A stretch of 40,815 bases of DNA from a virus. The notes beneath the pieces are model-generated. The model had not been told where the DNA came from and did no database searches. It saw only the letters and a list, made by a program, of their open reading frames with translations. This document shows positions 8,891 to 16,219 of this stretch, piece by piece. Within the stretch, counting starts at the first letter, position 1. Every line of letters starts with the position of its first letter. Made by a program: the position numbers and the translations under genes. The stretch lies in UHGV virus genome UHGV-0360510, one strand, 5' to 3'.

Positions 8891-9418
8891 ATGTTACTTG
8901 CTACTGCTTCCGCTGCAAACACCATCAGCACTTTGCCTCCATTAGATCTATCTTGGGCCATAACAGCCACTATTGCTGTTGTTGCATTTTTGTCTCCGAT
9001 TGTTGTTGCTATCATAAACAATCACCACTCACGTATAATGCGTCAAATGGATTTAGCGCATCAAGAAACTATTAAAAAAATGGAGTCCGATGCTACATTA
9101 ATAGAAAAGCAATTCTCTATTTATTACGCTGATAAAAGGGCGGCATTTAGTGATTTTCTACAAGCAGCAGGACATTTTTCTTTAACAACGCAATCCTCAT
9201 CTGTGTATGAGGCATTGCACTCATCTGCCGATAGAGCGCTTCTATTCTGCAATGAATATAACCGAGACTTTATCATTGATTTTCTTAAACGTGTAGACGA
9301 AGAATTTTATGGTGTAAATGCTTCAAGAACACAGCGTAGAGAATATACATCTCTCATCACATCTATTGCCTCATCTCTAAATGACGAATTGTCAGCCACG
9401 AAGCCACCTATAAAATGA
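8891..9418 (+). CDS. Membrane-anchored hypothetical protein encoded on the opposite strand inside the early operon (moron-like). The track ORF starts at 8687, but the RBS-supported ATG is at 8891.
   Basis: AAGGAGAAATAATC-ATG. An N-terminal TM segment (WAITATIAVVAFLSPIVVAII) is followed by a ~130-aa soluble domain. The gene is followed by an intrinsic terminator. Confidence 0.55.
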   Translation: MLLATASAANTISTLPPLDLSWAITATIAVVAFLSPIVVAIINNHHSRIMRQMDLAHQETIKKMESDATLIEKQFSIYYADKRAAFSDFLQAAGHFSLTTQSSSVYEALHSSADRALLFCNEYNRDFIIDFLKRVDEEFYGVNASRTQRREYTSLITSIASSLNDELSATKPPIK

Positions 9419-9446
9419 ATACACTGTAAACATCAATGCTACAAAC

Positions 9447-9490
9447 AGAACCCAGACAGGATAGCTCTTGTTATTGGGTTCTATTTTTTT
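9447..9490 (+). terminator. Intrinsic terminator after the plus-strand moron
   Basis: AGAACCCA...(20-nt loop)...TGGGTTCT followed by TTTTTTT. Confidence 0.45.
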
Positions 9491-9596
9491 CATCAAACAC
9501 ACGCATACAGCACCAATAATCCAAACGGCTATTAAAAATGCCAAACCCATCTTTTTTCACCTCCCTTCCTCAGTCTCCCTCATTAGTTCCTCGTCC

Positions 9597-10325
9597 TTAT
9601 ACTATTCCCAAATCAATCTGCGAGTTTGCCTCGCCGATCAGCTCTTCCAAATAAGTAGGCACCTCATAGCAGTCAATCAGCTCATGGGCATCCGCTATGT
9701 ACTTCCGTTTCAGCGCCTTATAAGACTTCGGCCGTCCGCTATCATCATAAATACCGAACTCCCTCTTGATCTGATCGTAAATATCCCGGTACACCTTGGA
9801 ACGAATTTCTGTATCCTTATAAGCTTCTGACTGCTTTCCTCCTAATACAGACACGCCTTTGCGCTTAACATGACTGGACAGCTCGTCCGCTTCGGAACCA
9901 TACAGAGGAATGTCATATTCCAGCTTATCCATACGCTGCTCCATCTTAACCTGCTTCTGGTCGATCATCAGAATGGCTTTCATTTCGGTGGACATATTAG
10001 GATTCTCGTAATATCCGTTCTGCCGGATAGCCGGAAGAACCTCATCAAACACCCAGCTTTCAAAACGTTCTGCTGATTCTAACTTGCTGTGTGTAATAAG
10101 GCGGTACATATCACCCTCTCCAATAAAATTCACATCCTGCATTTTCCCGCTGATAGGGGTGCGGTGTTTTACCGTAGCCCTACAATGCTGCTGAATTGCA
10201 TCATTTGGTCTTGCATATCCCAATGCCTTTGCTACATCACTTGCCATAAAGTATGGCTTTCCATCAATCTCGACCGTTCTGATCTGACCGAACTCCTCAT
10301 TGTTAAAAATCTGTAACTCGTGCAT
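9597..10325 (-). CDS. Phage antirepressor (Bro-N N-terminal domain + ORF6C C-terminal domain)
   Basis: N-terminus IFNNEEFGQIRTVEIDGKPYFMASDVAKALGY is Bro-N. C-terminus KRKGVSVLGGKQSEAYKDTEIRSKVYRDIYDQIKREFG is ORF6C. Confidence 0.8.
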   Translation of the reverse strand: MHELQIFNNEEFGQIRTVEIDGKPYFMASDVAKALGYARPNDAIQQHCRATVKHRTPISGKMQDVNFIGEGDMYRLITHSKLESAERFESWVFDEVLPAIRQNGYYENPNMSTEMKAILMIDQKQVKMEQRMDKLEYDIPLYGSEADELSSHVKRKGVSVLGGKQSEAYKDTEIRSKVYRDIYDQIKREFGIYDDSGRPKSYKALKRKYIADAHELIDCYEVPTYLEELIGEANSQIDLGIV

Positions 10326-10436
10326 TTTATGTATCCTCCTTCCTAAATTTTAAACCAAGCTTGTCTTTCCTTCTCCTCTGTCCTATACTGTACTCACAGG
10401 CGTGCCAGCGCCGAGTACAAAAGAAAGGACATTATT

Positions 10437-11261
10437 ATGAACACTAATCACCAATCTTTCATAGCCGCAATATCTGCATTTCAAAGTTCTTTAGAAAAGA
10501 TGAATGCAGATTTGACCGCCGCCTACTCTCCCATTATTCAATCTACTTCACAAATACAAAGTATACTTGCTTCTGCCATGTATCCACAGGCAATCTTAAC
10601 CACTCAAATGCAAGATATGCTGGATACTTTGTTGGCACCTATTCATGAAATGCAGTGTTCTATGAGTACGTCAATTACAAAAGAAATTGCTAATTCTCTA
10701 GCCGCTAACAACTCTGTTATCCAAGATTTGGCAAAAGATATTCAAAACAACCTTGTTGATTTTAGTTCCCATATTTCAACTGTCTTTTCTTCGATATTGG
10801 AAAATATTTCGTTTCAGCAAGAATATGTGGAAGTACCTGAATACCTATACTCTTTTGTTGCCCATGAGAATGAAAATCCACAAGAAATTCCTCTTACCGT
10901 TGAGACCCCGCTTCCAAAGCGACGCATAACGCTGGAATTCTTTTTAAGTTGTATATTACCAAATATAATTGCTTTATTCGGCGTGTGGCTGACCATCTAC
11001 TATCACAACATAGATGCATCTTCTCAAAATACCGCCGCACAAGCTGAAGCCGCTATGTTCGAAAGTTACACTGAATCGTTGAATCGCCTTAATGACTCTG
11101 TGTCTGCACTCAACGATTATTTAGTATCTCAGTCAAAGTTGTCTCCAGATTCATGTTCAACTGTTGCAACAAGTTCAAATGCTGTTCCTGTAGCAGCTGA
11201 ATCTGATTCCGCAACTGCTGGTGAATCCGAAAATCTTGATATGCCCCAACAGCCTGATTAA
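10437..11261 (+). CDS. Hypothetical coiled-coil / single-pass membrane protein on the opposite strand (moron-like)
   Basis: Own RBS (AAAGGA). One TM (FFLSCILPNIIALFGVWLTIYY) and a Ser/Thr/Ala-rich C-terminus. Followed by a hairpin + T-run at 11269-11316. Confidence 0.5.
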   Translation: MNTNHQSFIAAISAFQSSLEKMNADLTAAYSPIIQSTSQIQSILASAMYPQAILTTQMQDMLDTLLAPIHEMQCSMSTSITKEIANSLAANNSVIQDLAKDIQNNLVDFSSHISTVFSSILENISFQQEYVEVPEYLYSFVAHENENPQEIPLTVETPLPKRRITLEFFLSCILPNIIALFGVWLTIYYHNIDASSQNTAAQAEAAMFESYTESLNRLNDSVSALNDYLVSQSKLSPDSCSTVATSSNAVPVAAESDSATAGESENLDMPQQPD

Positions 11262-11268
11262 TTGATAT

Positions 11269-11316
11269 AACCGCTATTGCTATCCAGACCATAGTGATAT
11301 GCGGTTTATTTTTTTC
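11269..11316 (+). terminator. Terminator-like hairpin + T-run after the 10437..11261 gene
   Basis: AACCGC...(long loop)...GCGGTT followed by TTTATTTTTTT. Confidence 0.35.
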
Positions 11317-11327
11317 TTCTACCTCTC

Positions 11328-11528
11328 TCACCTCCCTTCCCTAGCCTCCTTTAACAGTTCTTCGATTGAAACCTCTAAATACTCAGCAACTTTCTGGACT
11401 TTGCGAATACCAGGATCACTTTCATTCCATTTTCTAATGCCTCCGTTTGGAAACCCCAAATCTTTTTCCAGTCTCCACACCGTAATTCCACGCTTGTCGC
11501 AGAGAGCTTTTACGTTATCAAATAACAC
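11328..11528 (-). CDS. Cro-like XRE-family HTH regulator (first gene of the leftward early operon)
   Basis: LCDKRGITVWRLEKDLGFPNGGIRKWNE...VQKVAEYLEVSIEELL is an HTH_XRE fold. GTG start after AGGAGGTGAAGGA. Divergent from the repressor gene. Confidence 0.75.
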   Translation of the reverse strand: MLFDNVKALCDKRGITVWRLEKDLGFPNGGIRKWNESDPGIRKVQKVAEYLEVSIEELLKEAREGR

Positions 11529-11802
11529 TCCTTCACCTCCTGTTTTTGTGCTACAATAATGATATGTGCCGTGAATCGCCTCTTGAAAGGAGGTGATAGT
11601 ATAAAGAGAATCGTCTATTCCGCCCGCTTAGCGGATCAGTGGCGTAAACTCGGATATAAGACAGTCACAATGTCTTATATCGGGTGCTTCGGGGAAATGC
11701 CGATGGCTTACCACTTAGAAAAGAAGCTATAATACGCTTTTGCTACTATCAACCATGCTCCAACACGGCACATATAAAAGAGAAAATTTTCGACTATCAT
11801 AT

Positions 11803-11831
11803 TGACATTTAAGAGAAAATAATCTATTATA
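11803..11831 (+). promoter_or_regulatory. Sigma70-type promoter reading toward the repressor gene
   Basis: TTGACA, 16-17 nt spacer, then TATTAT/ATTATA, about 170 nt upstream of the repressor ATG. Confidence 0.45.
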
Positions 11832-11902
11832 AAAATAACCACTAGATAATATTCTCATACAGTCTTTTAAATTGGCGTTTATTAACTGTGTTAATATGTT
11901 TA

Positions 11903-11982
11903 CGAGATTTTTTTCTCTTTACATCCCTTACTATACGAGAATATTTTCTTTTTGTCAATACTTTTTCGAGATTTTTTTCTCG
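11903..11982. promoter_or_regulatory. Three operator-like sites CGAGA-N7-TCT(C/T)(G/T), about 32 bp apart, in the cro/repressor intergenic region
   Basis: Sites: tACGAGAtttttttCTCtt (11903), ACGAGAatattttCTTtt (11935), tCGAGAtttttttCTCGt (11967). The third is a perfect inverted repeat. Confidence 0.5.
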
Positions 11983-12002
11983 TGATTTGAAAGGGGAATA
12001 CT

Positions 12003-12413
12003 ATGTCTTTAAAAGATAGAATAAAATCGCTTGCAAATGAGCGAGGAATCAGTCTCCCAACCCTAGAGGCAGAGTTGGGTTTTGGAAATAGTACTATTGT
12101 AAAATGGGATAAATCTACTCCAAATGCAGATAAATTAAATGCTGTTGCAAAATACTTCGATGTTTCCATGGATTATCTAATGAATGGAATTGATGAGGAT
12201 GGACTTACAACAAAAGATAATAAAGACATTGCCAGGGATCTTGATAATATCATGGAAAAACTTTCTACCGGCGAATCTGGCCCGGCAAGTTATAATGGAG
12301 AAGAGCTTGATCCAGAAGCAGCCGAATTATTTAGAGATGAGTTAGAAATTGCACTTCGACGTCTTAAAATTATAAATAAGGAGAAATATACTCCCAAAAA
12401 ATATAAAAAGTAG
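12003..12413 (+). CDS. CI-like phage repressor, XRE-family HTH (ImmR-type, no peptidase domain)
   Basis: N-terminal HTH LANERGISLPTLEAELGFGNSTIVKWDKS; RBS AAAGGGGAATACT-ATG. Followed directly by an ImmA-type metallopeptidase. Confidence 0.8.
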   Translation: MSLKDRIKSLANERGISLPTLEAELGFGNSTIVKWDKSTPNADKLNAVAKYFDVSMDYLMNGIDEDGLTTKDNKDIARDLDNIMEKLSTGESGPASYNGEELDPEAAELFRDELEIALRRLKIINKEKYTPKKYKK

Positions 12414-12854
12414 GTGATACTCTTGGGGGAAATAGAACGCATAAAACGATTAGTTGCTTATTGTAAGCGATTATATAATACATCAGATCCTTTTGAAATC
12501 GCTGACCGTTTGGGAATACTATATCAAATCGGAAACTGCACGCATGAAGGATGTTATATGTTTCTCAAAAATCATAGATATATCTTCTTGAGTAATCGCC
12601 TAAATAACTTCGATCTAAAACTTGTAATGGCTCATGAATTAGGTCATGCATTATTAGATCGAAAAGCAAACTGCTATTTTATTCGTAACAAAACTCTGTT
12701 GCTTAATTCAAAGTTAGAGCGACGAGCAAATTTATTTGCAGCTTATCTTTTAATTGATGATGAAATGCTGGTAGAATATAAGGGTTATACCAAGGAACAA
12801 TTTTGTAATTGTACTGGATACCCAAAAGAATTAATTGAATTAAGATTAAAATAG
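12414..12854 (+). CDS. ImmA/IrrE-family zinc metallopeptidase (anti-repressor protease partner of the XRE repressor)
   Basis: HEXXH motif MAHELGHALL. DUF955/ImmA size and position. Start overlaps the repressor stop. Confidence 0.8.
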   Translation: MILLGEIERIKRLVAYCKRLYNTSDPFEIADRLGILYQIGNCTHEGCYMFLKNHRYIFLSNRLNNFDLKLVMAHELGHALLDRKANCYFIRNKTLLLNSKLERRANLFAAYLLIDDEMLVEYKGYTKEQFCNCTGYPKELIELRLK

Positions 12855-12880
12855 CATTCATAATGAAACGAGGGAGTCAA

Positions 12881-13417
12881 ATGAGTATTAAAGGTAAATC
12901 CCAAGAACTGTTTATAGGAAAGACAGAGATCAATATACAGGATTTTCAGTGGGGGTATAAATTAAAAAAAATGCCATATGAAACTATCTCCCATATAGAG
13001 TATTGTTTCCGTACTATGACGGAAGGCGGGTATATGGATTTTCACGATAGCTATGGACATTTTGAGCGCTTTTTCTTTCCTCAAAAATCCAATGCTGCCA
13101 TACAACGTGCTGTTGATTTTATATCAGAGCATTACCCTGACCTCCCCATTGAAAAACATGACTTATCAAGTGACCCTTTTTACTCTAAAAATATTTTTAT
13201 TGTAATAATATCGCTTTTCTTTTTGTGGCCCGTTGGGTTAATCCTGTATTGGTGCACTGGTAAAAGAACTCTGGCAGAAAGGATACTCTTTACTGTAGGA
13301 ATTTTAGGAATCCATATTGCTATTCTTTGTGTCGCTTATTGGAATGCATTTGTGATAACTCAGAGCGCATTTGACGAAATAAATACATATTTAAATCAAA
13401 TTAGATCTTTGTACTAA
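12881..13417 (+). CDS. Membrane protein of the lysogeny module (candidate superinfection-exclusion / lysogenic conversion function). The track ORF starts at 12863.
   Basis: GGGAG before the ATG at 12881. Soluble N-terminal domain, then two or more C-terminal TM helices (IFIVIISLFFLWPVGLILYW, ILFTVGILGIHIAILCVAYW). Located between ImmA and int. Confidence 0.5.
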   Translation: MSIKGKSQELFIGKTEINIQDFQWGYKLKKMPYETISHIEYCFRTMTEGGYMDFHDSYGHFERFFFPQKSNAAIQRAVDFISEHYPDLPIEKHDLSSDPFYSKNIFIVIISLFFLWPVGLILYWCTGKRTLAERILFTVGILGIHIAILCVAYWNAFVITQSAFDEINTYLNQIRSLY

Positions 13418-13573
13418 AAAACCGCCCGGTGTTACCAGCACCGAACGGCTTTAAATAAATTTCTGTACAGGCCCGGAGGCCGATACAATATAATCTCAAC
13501 ACCCATATTGTACCATACCTCCGTGCACCTGTACAGGTGTATTTTTTTACCCATTTTTAAGGAGGAATGATAT

Positions 13574-14833
13574 ATGGCAACCGCAAAGAAACTCCCATCC
13601 GGCTCATGGCGCTGTCTGGCCTACAGTCACACGGAACGAATATACGATGAAAAGACTAAAAAGTGGAAAAATAAACGGATCTATGAATCCTTTACCGATG
13701 ACGACCCCAGCCCAGCAGGCCGAAAACGGGCCGAGCTGGCTGCCGCACAGTTTCAGGCAACCAAGACACCTGACAGGATCCGGAAACGGCAGGATTATGG
13801 AAAACTCACCTTATCCCAGGCAATTGACAAATATATTGAATCCAGGGAGAACCTGAACCGGTCTCCCACTACACTCCAGGACTACCGCTGTATCCAGAAG
13901 AATGCATTTCCGGATCTGATGGATACCCCTATCAAAGACATAGATATAACGATCCTTCAGGAAGCTCTGAGTGCAGAAGCCCGCAGACCGACCAACAGCC
14001 CTGCCAAGAAGGGAAAACCCATATCTGCCAAGCGCGTACGTAATGAATGGGGGCTAATCCGCCCTGTGCTGCATAAATACGGTGTAAATAAGATTGACTT
14101 TGAACAAATAGAACTTCCTACTGTTACTCCCAGATTGGTGGAACTTCCACCGGCAAAAACCGTCCTAAACCTCATCAAGGGAACTGATATTGAATTACCG
14201 GTGTTATTAGCTACCTGGCTTTCATTCTCCATGTCTGAGGTCCGTGGCTTGACAAAATCCAAATCCATCTCAGGAAACTATATCACAATCCATGAGGTAA
14301 TCGTGGACATTAACAATAAACCGGTACGCAAAGAGTTAGCTAAGAACCCAACCCGCAACCGGCGCTTACAGATCCCGCCATACATACAGAATCTGATTGA
14401 TCAGGTAGATGGTGATGTGCTTGTACCGATGAGCGGCCGAGCACTGTATCATCGTTGGATTAAGCTGCAGCATGATAATGGGCTATCCCCTATTACCTTC
14501 CATGATCTCCGGCATCTCAACGCTTCTGTTATGGCCCTTCTTCGGATCCCAGACAAGTACGCCCAGGAACGTGGTGGATGGAAAACCGATCAGGTAATGA
14601 AAAAGGTCTATACGCAGACATTCCCCGATGAGCGTGTGCGTGTTGATAATACCATAGATAACTACTTTGAAAGCATTGTCAATCCAGAGAAATCCTCTCC
14701 AAGTGACAAAGAAAATCTATCGCCGGAAGAGCTCATAAAACTCCTTAAAGAACGCAATCCGGATGGCTGGTATAAGGTTTTGGAAAATGCTATGCAACAC
14801 GAAATGCAACACGACACGAAAAAAGCCCGGTAA
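13574..14833 (+). CDS. int: Tyrosine-type site-specific integrase
   Basis: Box I R (SEVRGLT), HDLRH, GGWKT...VYT catalytic Tyr. RBS AAGGAGG. The stop lies in the loop of a GC hairpin. Confidence 0.9.
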   Translation: MATAKKLPSGSWRCLAYSHTERIYDEKTKKWKNKRIYESFTDDDPSPAGRKRAELAAAQFQATKTPDRIRKRQDYGKLTLSQAIDKYIESRENLNRSPTTLQDYRCIQKNAFPDLMDTPIKDIDITILQEALSAEARRPTNSPAKKGKPISAKRVRNEWGLIRPVLHKYGVNKIDFEQIELPTVTPRLVELPPAKTVLNLIKGTDIELPVLLATWLSFSMSEVRGLTKSKSISGNYITIHEVIVDINNKPVRKELAKNPTRNRRLQIPPYIQNLIDQVDGDVLVPMSGRALYHRWIKLQHDNGLSPITFHDLRHLNASVMALLRIPDKYAQERGGWKTDQVMKKVYTQTFPDERVRVDNTIDNYFESIVNPEKSSPSDKENLSPEELIKLLKERNPDGWYKVLENAMQHEMQHDTKKAR

Positions 14834-14841
14834 AACCGGGC
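14825..14841. terminator. GC hairpin (GCCCGG-TAAAA-CCGGGC) overlapping the int stop, with a T-run on the minus strand
   Basis: Perfect 6-bp stem. On the minus strand it is followed by TTTTTT. A near-copy lies at 15949-15967. Confidence 0.4.
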
Positions 14842-14851
14842 AAATAAAAAA

Positions 14852-14872
14852 GCGCGAGACGGGATTCGAACC
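14852..14872 (-). other. tRNA 3'-end fragment (T-loop + acceptor 3' strand), likely the att core copied from a host tRNA gene
   Basis: Minus-strand reading GGTTCGAATCCCGTCTCGCGC is a canonical T-loop, then 3' T-stem and acceptor strand. No matching 5' half is present upstream. Confidence 0.5.
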
Positions 14873-15028
14873 TATGAGTTTATACAGTCACAAACTGCTT
14901 AAAACCAAGAATCCTTACAAATGCATTGTTTCCTTATTGTAATATATGCAATTTTTGTGGTTAATAATGCAATTTATGGCAGTATTTTAACTACTATGCA
15001 ACACGAAAATGCAACACGAAAAATTATT

Positions 15029-15052
15029 AGGGAGGCACAAAAACGCCTCTCT
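15029..15052 (-). terminator. Hairpin + T-rich tract just after the endolysin stop (candidate late-operon terminator)
   Basis: AGGGAGGC-acaaaaac-GCCTCTCT imperfect stem. Minus-strand downstream is AATAATTTTTCG. Confidence 0.3.
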
Positions 15053-15057
15053 AAATT

Positions 15058-15924
15058 TTACTCTTCCGCCAGCCCCCGCCACCGCAGCGCCCCGTCCTGA
15101 CCCGGAGTAAGGACAACCGGCTCCATAATCATCCGCCCCCGATCGTCCATGATGTACCACTTGCCGCCTATGGTCTGCTGACCTTTGACCATAGCCCCGT
15201 CAGCGCCCAGATAATACCAGTGATCCTGATACTTATACCAGGTATCATACACCATCATTCCTGCTCCGTCAAACCAGTACCACTTTCCATCATCCTGATA
15301 CCAGTCATTTTTTACTGGTTCCCCTGTATTACCCAGATAGTACCGCCAGCCGCCATCTTCCTGCTGCCAGCCGGCTTTCTTTTCCTTGGCCTGGACAATC
15401 GACCAGTCCGGCAGCCCGTAGCCAAGAATTTTCCCATAAGACCGGCTGTAAGCCTTCCGGCACACCCCGCCGCCGTTTTCAATCACGCCGGATGCACCGG
15501 ACGTATTACCCTCAATGGTCTTGATCCGCGTTGCCGTCACCTCTGTAACGATCCCTGTATGATAGGCTCTCTGGCCGTTGGTAAAGAAGATCACTGCCCC
15601 AGGCTCCGGCACCGCGGCCCACCGGCCTGCCTTTTTAAACTGTTTGACCCCTGTGGGGCAATAATGGTACAGGCTGCCGCCCAGAAGTTTCTTAGCAACC
15701 TCCAGACCAAATGCCTGCACAAATACCTCTGATACGAACATGGCACACCAGGGCTGGGCCTGCAGATTCTGACCGGTGTGTGTCTTATAGTCCCTGGCAA
15801 AGCAGGTGAAATTGCCGCTGCCGGCATTGGCCGTAAAATCATCCAGCTGGGCGTTGCTTTTCTTTTCCAGATAGCCGTCCCAATGGGCGGCCTGATCAAT
15901 GAGTTTCTTTACTGCGTTTTCCAT
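15058..15924 (-). CDS. Endolysin: CHAP-domain peptidase/amidase with C-terminal cell-wall-binding (choline-binding-like) repeats. The track ORF extends to 15969.
   Basis: CHAP Cys/His region (QPWCAMFVSEV...AVIFF...YHTGIV). Repeats GGWRYYLG, GKWYWFDG, DHWYYLGADG, GKWYIMDD. TTGGAGGCAAAGAC-ATG at 15924. Confidence 0.85.
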   Translation of the reverse strand: MENAVKKLIDQAAHWDGYLEKKSNAQLDDFTANAGSGNFTCFARDYKTHTGQNLQAQPWCAMFVSEVFVQAFGLEVAKKLLGGSLYHYCPTGVKQFKKAGRWAAVPEPGAVIFFTNGQRAYHTGIVTEVTATRIKTIEGNTSGASGVIENGGGVCRKAYSRSYGKILGYGLPDWSIVQAKEKKAGWQQEDGGWRYYLGNTGEPVKNDWYQDDGKWYWFDGAGMMVYDTWYKYQDHWYYLGADGAMVKGQQTIGGKWYIMDDRGRMIMEPVVLTPGQDGALRWRGLAEE

Positions 15925-15987
15925 ATGTCTTTGCCTCCAAATAAAAAAGCCCGGTACAAAACCGGACAAAAATCATTTTCAGGTATC

Positions 15988-16016
15988 TTGCATTTAAAAT
16001 CTGCATATGCTATAAT
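15988..16016 (+). promoter_or_regulatory. Near-consensus sigma70 promoter (TTGCAT-17-TATAAT) driving a short plus-strand RNA
   Basis: -35 TTGCAT at 15988-15993, 17-nt spacer, -10 TATAAT at 16011-16016. The transcript would end at the 16059-16100 terminator. Confidence 0.45.
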
Positions 16017-16022
16017 GCCAGT

Positions 16023-16100
16023 AGGCAAACGATAGGATGTTTCCAAATGAAACAAACGAACCCCCAGAAGCTCACACCTTCTGGGGGTTCTTCCGATTTT
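16023..16100 (+). ncRNA. Candidate ~75-nt antisense sRNA (type I antitoxin-like), ending at a shared bidirectional terminator
   Basis: Promoter as above. A 12-bp GC-rich stem (AACCCCCAGAAG / CTTCTGGGGGTT, loop CTCACAC) followed by a T-rich tract. No RBS-supported ORF. Confidence 0.35.
16059..16089. terminator. Strong bidirectional hairpin between the convergent small-peptide gene and the sRNA
   Basis: 12-bp stem, 7-nt loop. T-rich on both strands after the stem (CTTCCGATTTTAT on plus; TCGTTTGTTTCATTT on minus). Confidence 0.5.
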
Positions 16101-16132
16101 ATACAGTCAGGCATCTGTAGGCTGGTTACCGA

Positions 16133-16219
16133 TTACTTGTCGCCGTCCAACCATTTGATGATGTAGTGGCAGGCTACACCAGCCGCAACAGCGACGATAA
16201 ACGATAGAATGTGATCCAA
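16133..16219 (-). CDS. Candidate type I toxin-like hydrophobic peptide (28 aa, TTG start): MDHILSFIVAVAAGVACHYIIKWLDGDK
   Basis: GGGAGGTG lies 6 nt upstream of the TTG. Single predicted TM plus a charged C-terminal tail. Own promoter (extended -10 TGCTATAAT at 16268-16276, weak -35 TTGCGG). The leader CGCCUCC can pair with the SD GGAGGUG. The 3' end is convergent with the sRNA. Confidence 0.3.
   Translation of the reverse strand: MDHILSFIVAVAAGVACHYIIKWLDGDK

Larger units (their letters stand above)
14834..15057. other. Candidate attP region (between int and the lysis cassette)
   Basis: Non-coding 224 bp. Contains a tRNA 3'-end-like core, flanking arm-type direct repeats, an AT-rich segment and ATGCAATTT(T/A)TGG repeats. 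Confidence 0.5.

Noticed and set aside
11110-11331. 73-aa Gln-rich minus-strand ORF with GTG start overlapping the cro stop
   Set aside because: Overlaps 150 bp of the better-supported plus-strand gene and spans its terminator. The Gln-rich sequence is the antisense of Ser/Leu codons. Kept only as an alternative in the findings.
14852-14872. Complete tRNA gene at attP
   Set aside because: Only the T-loop and 3' acceptor half are present. Upstream sequence cannot form the D or anticodon arms or the acceptor 5' strand.
16021-16110. 27-codon plus-strand ORF (MFPNETNEPPEAHTFWGFFRFYTVRHL) inside the candidate sRNA
   Set aside because: No usable SD, and it would read through the terminator hairpin. 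Treated as non-coding.
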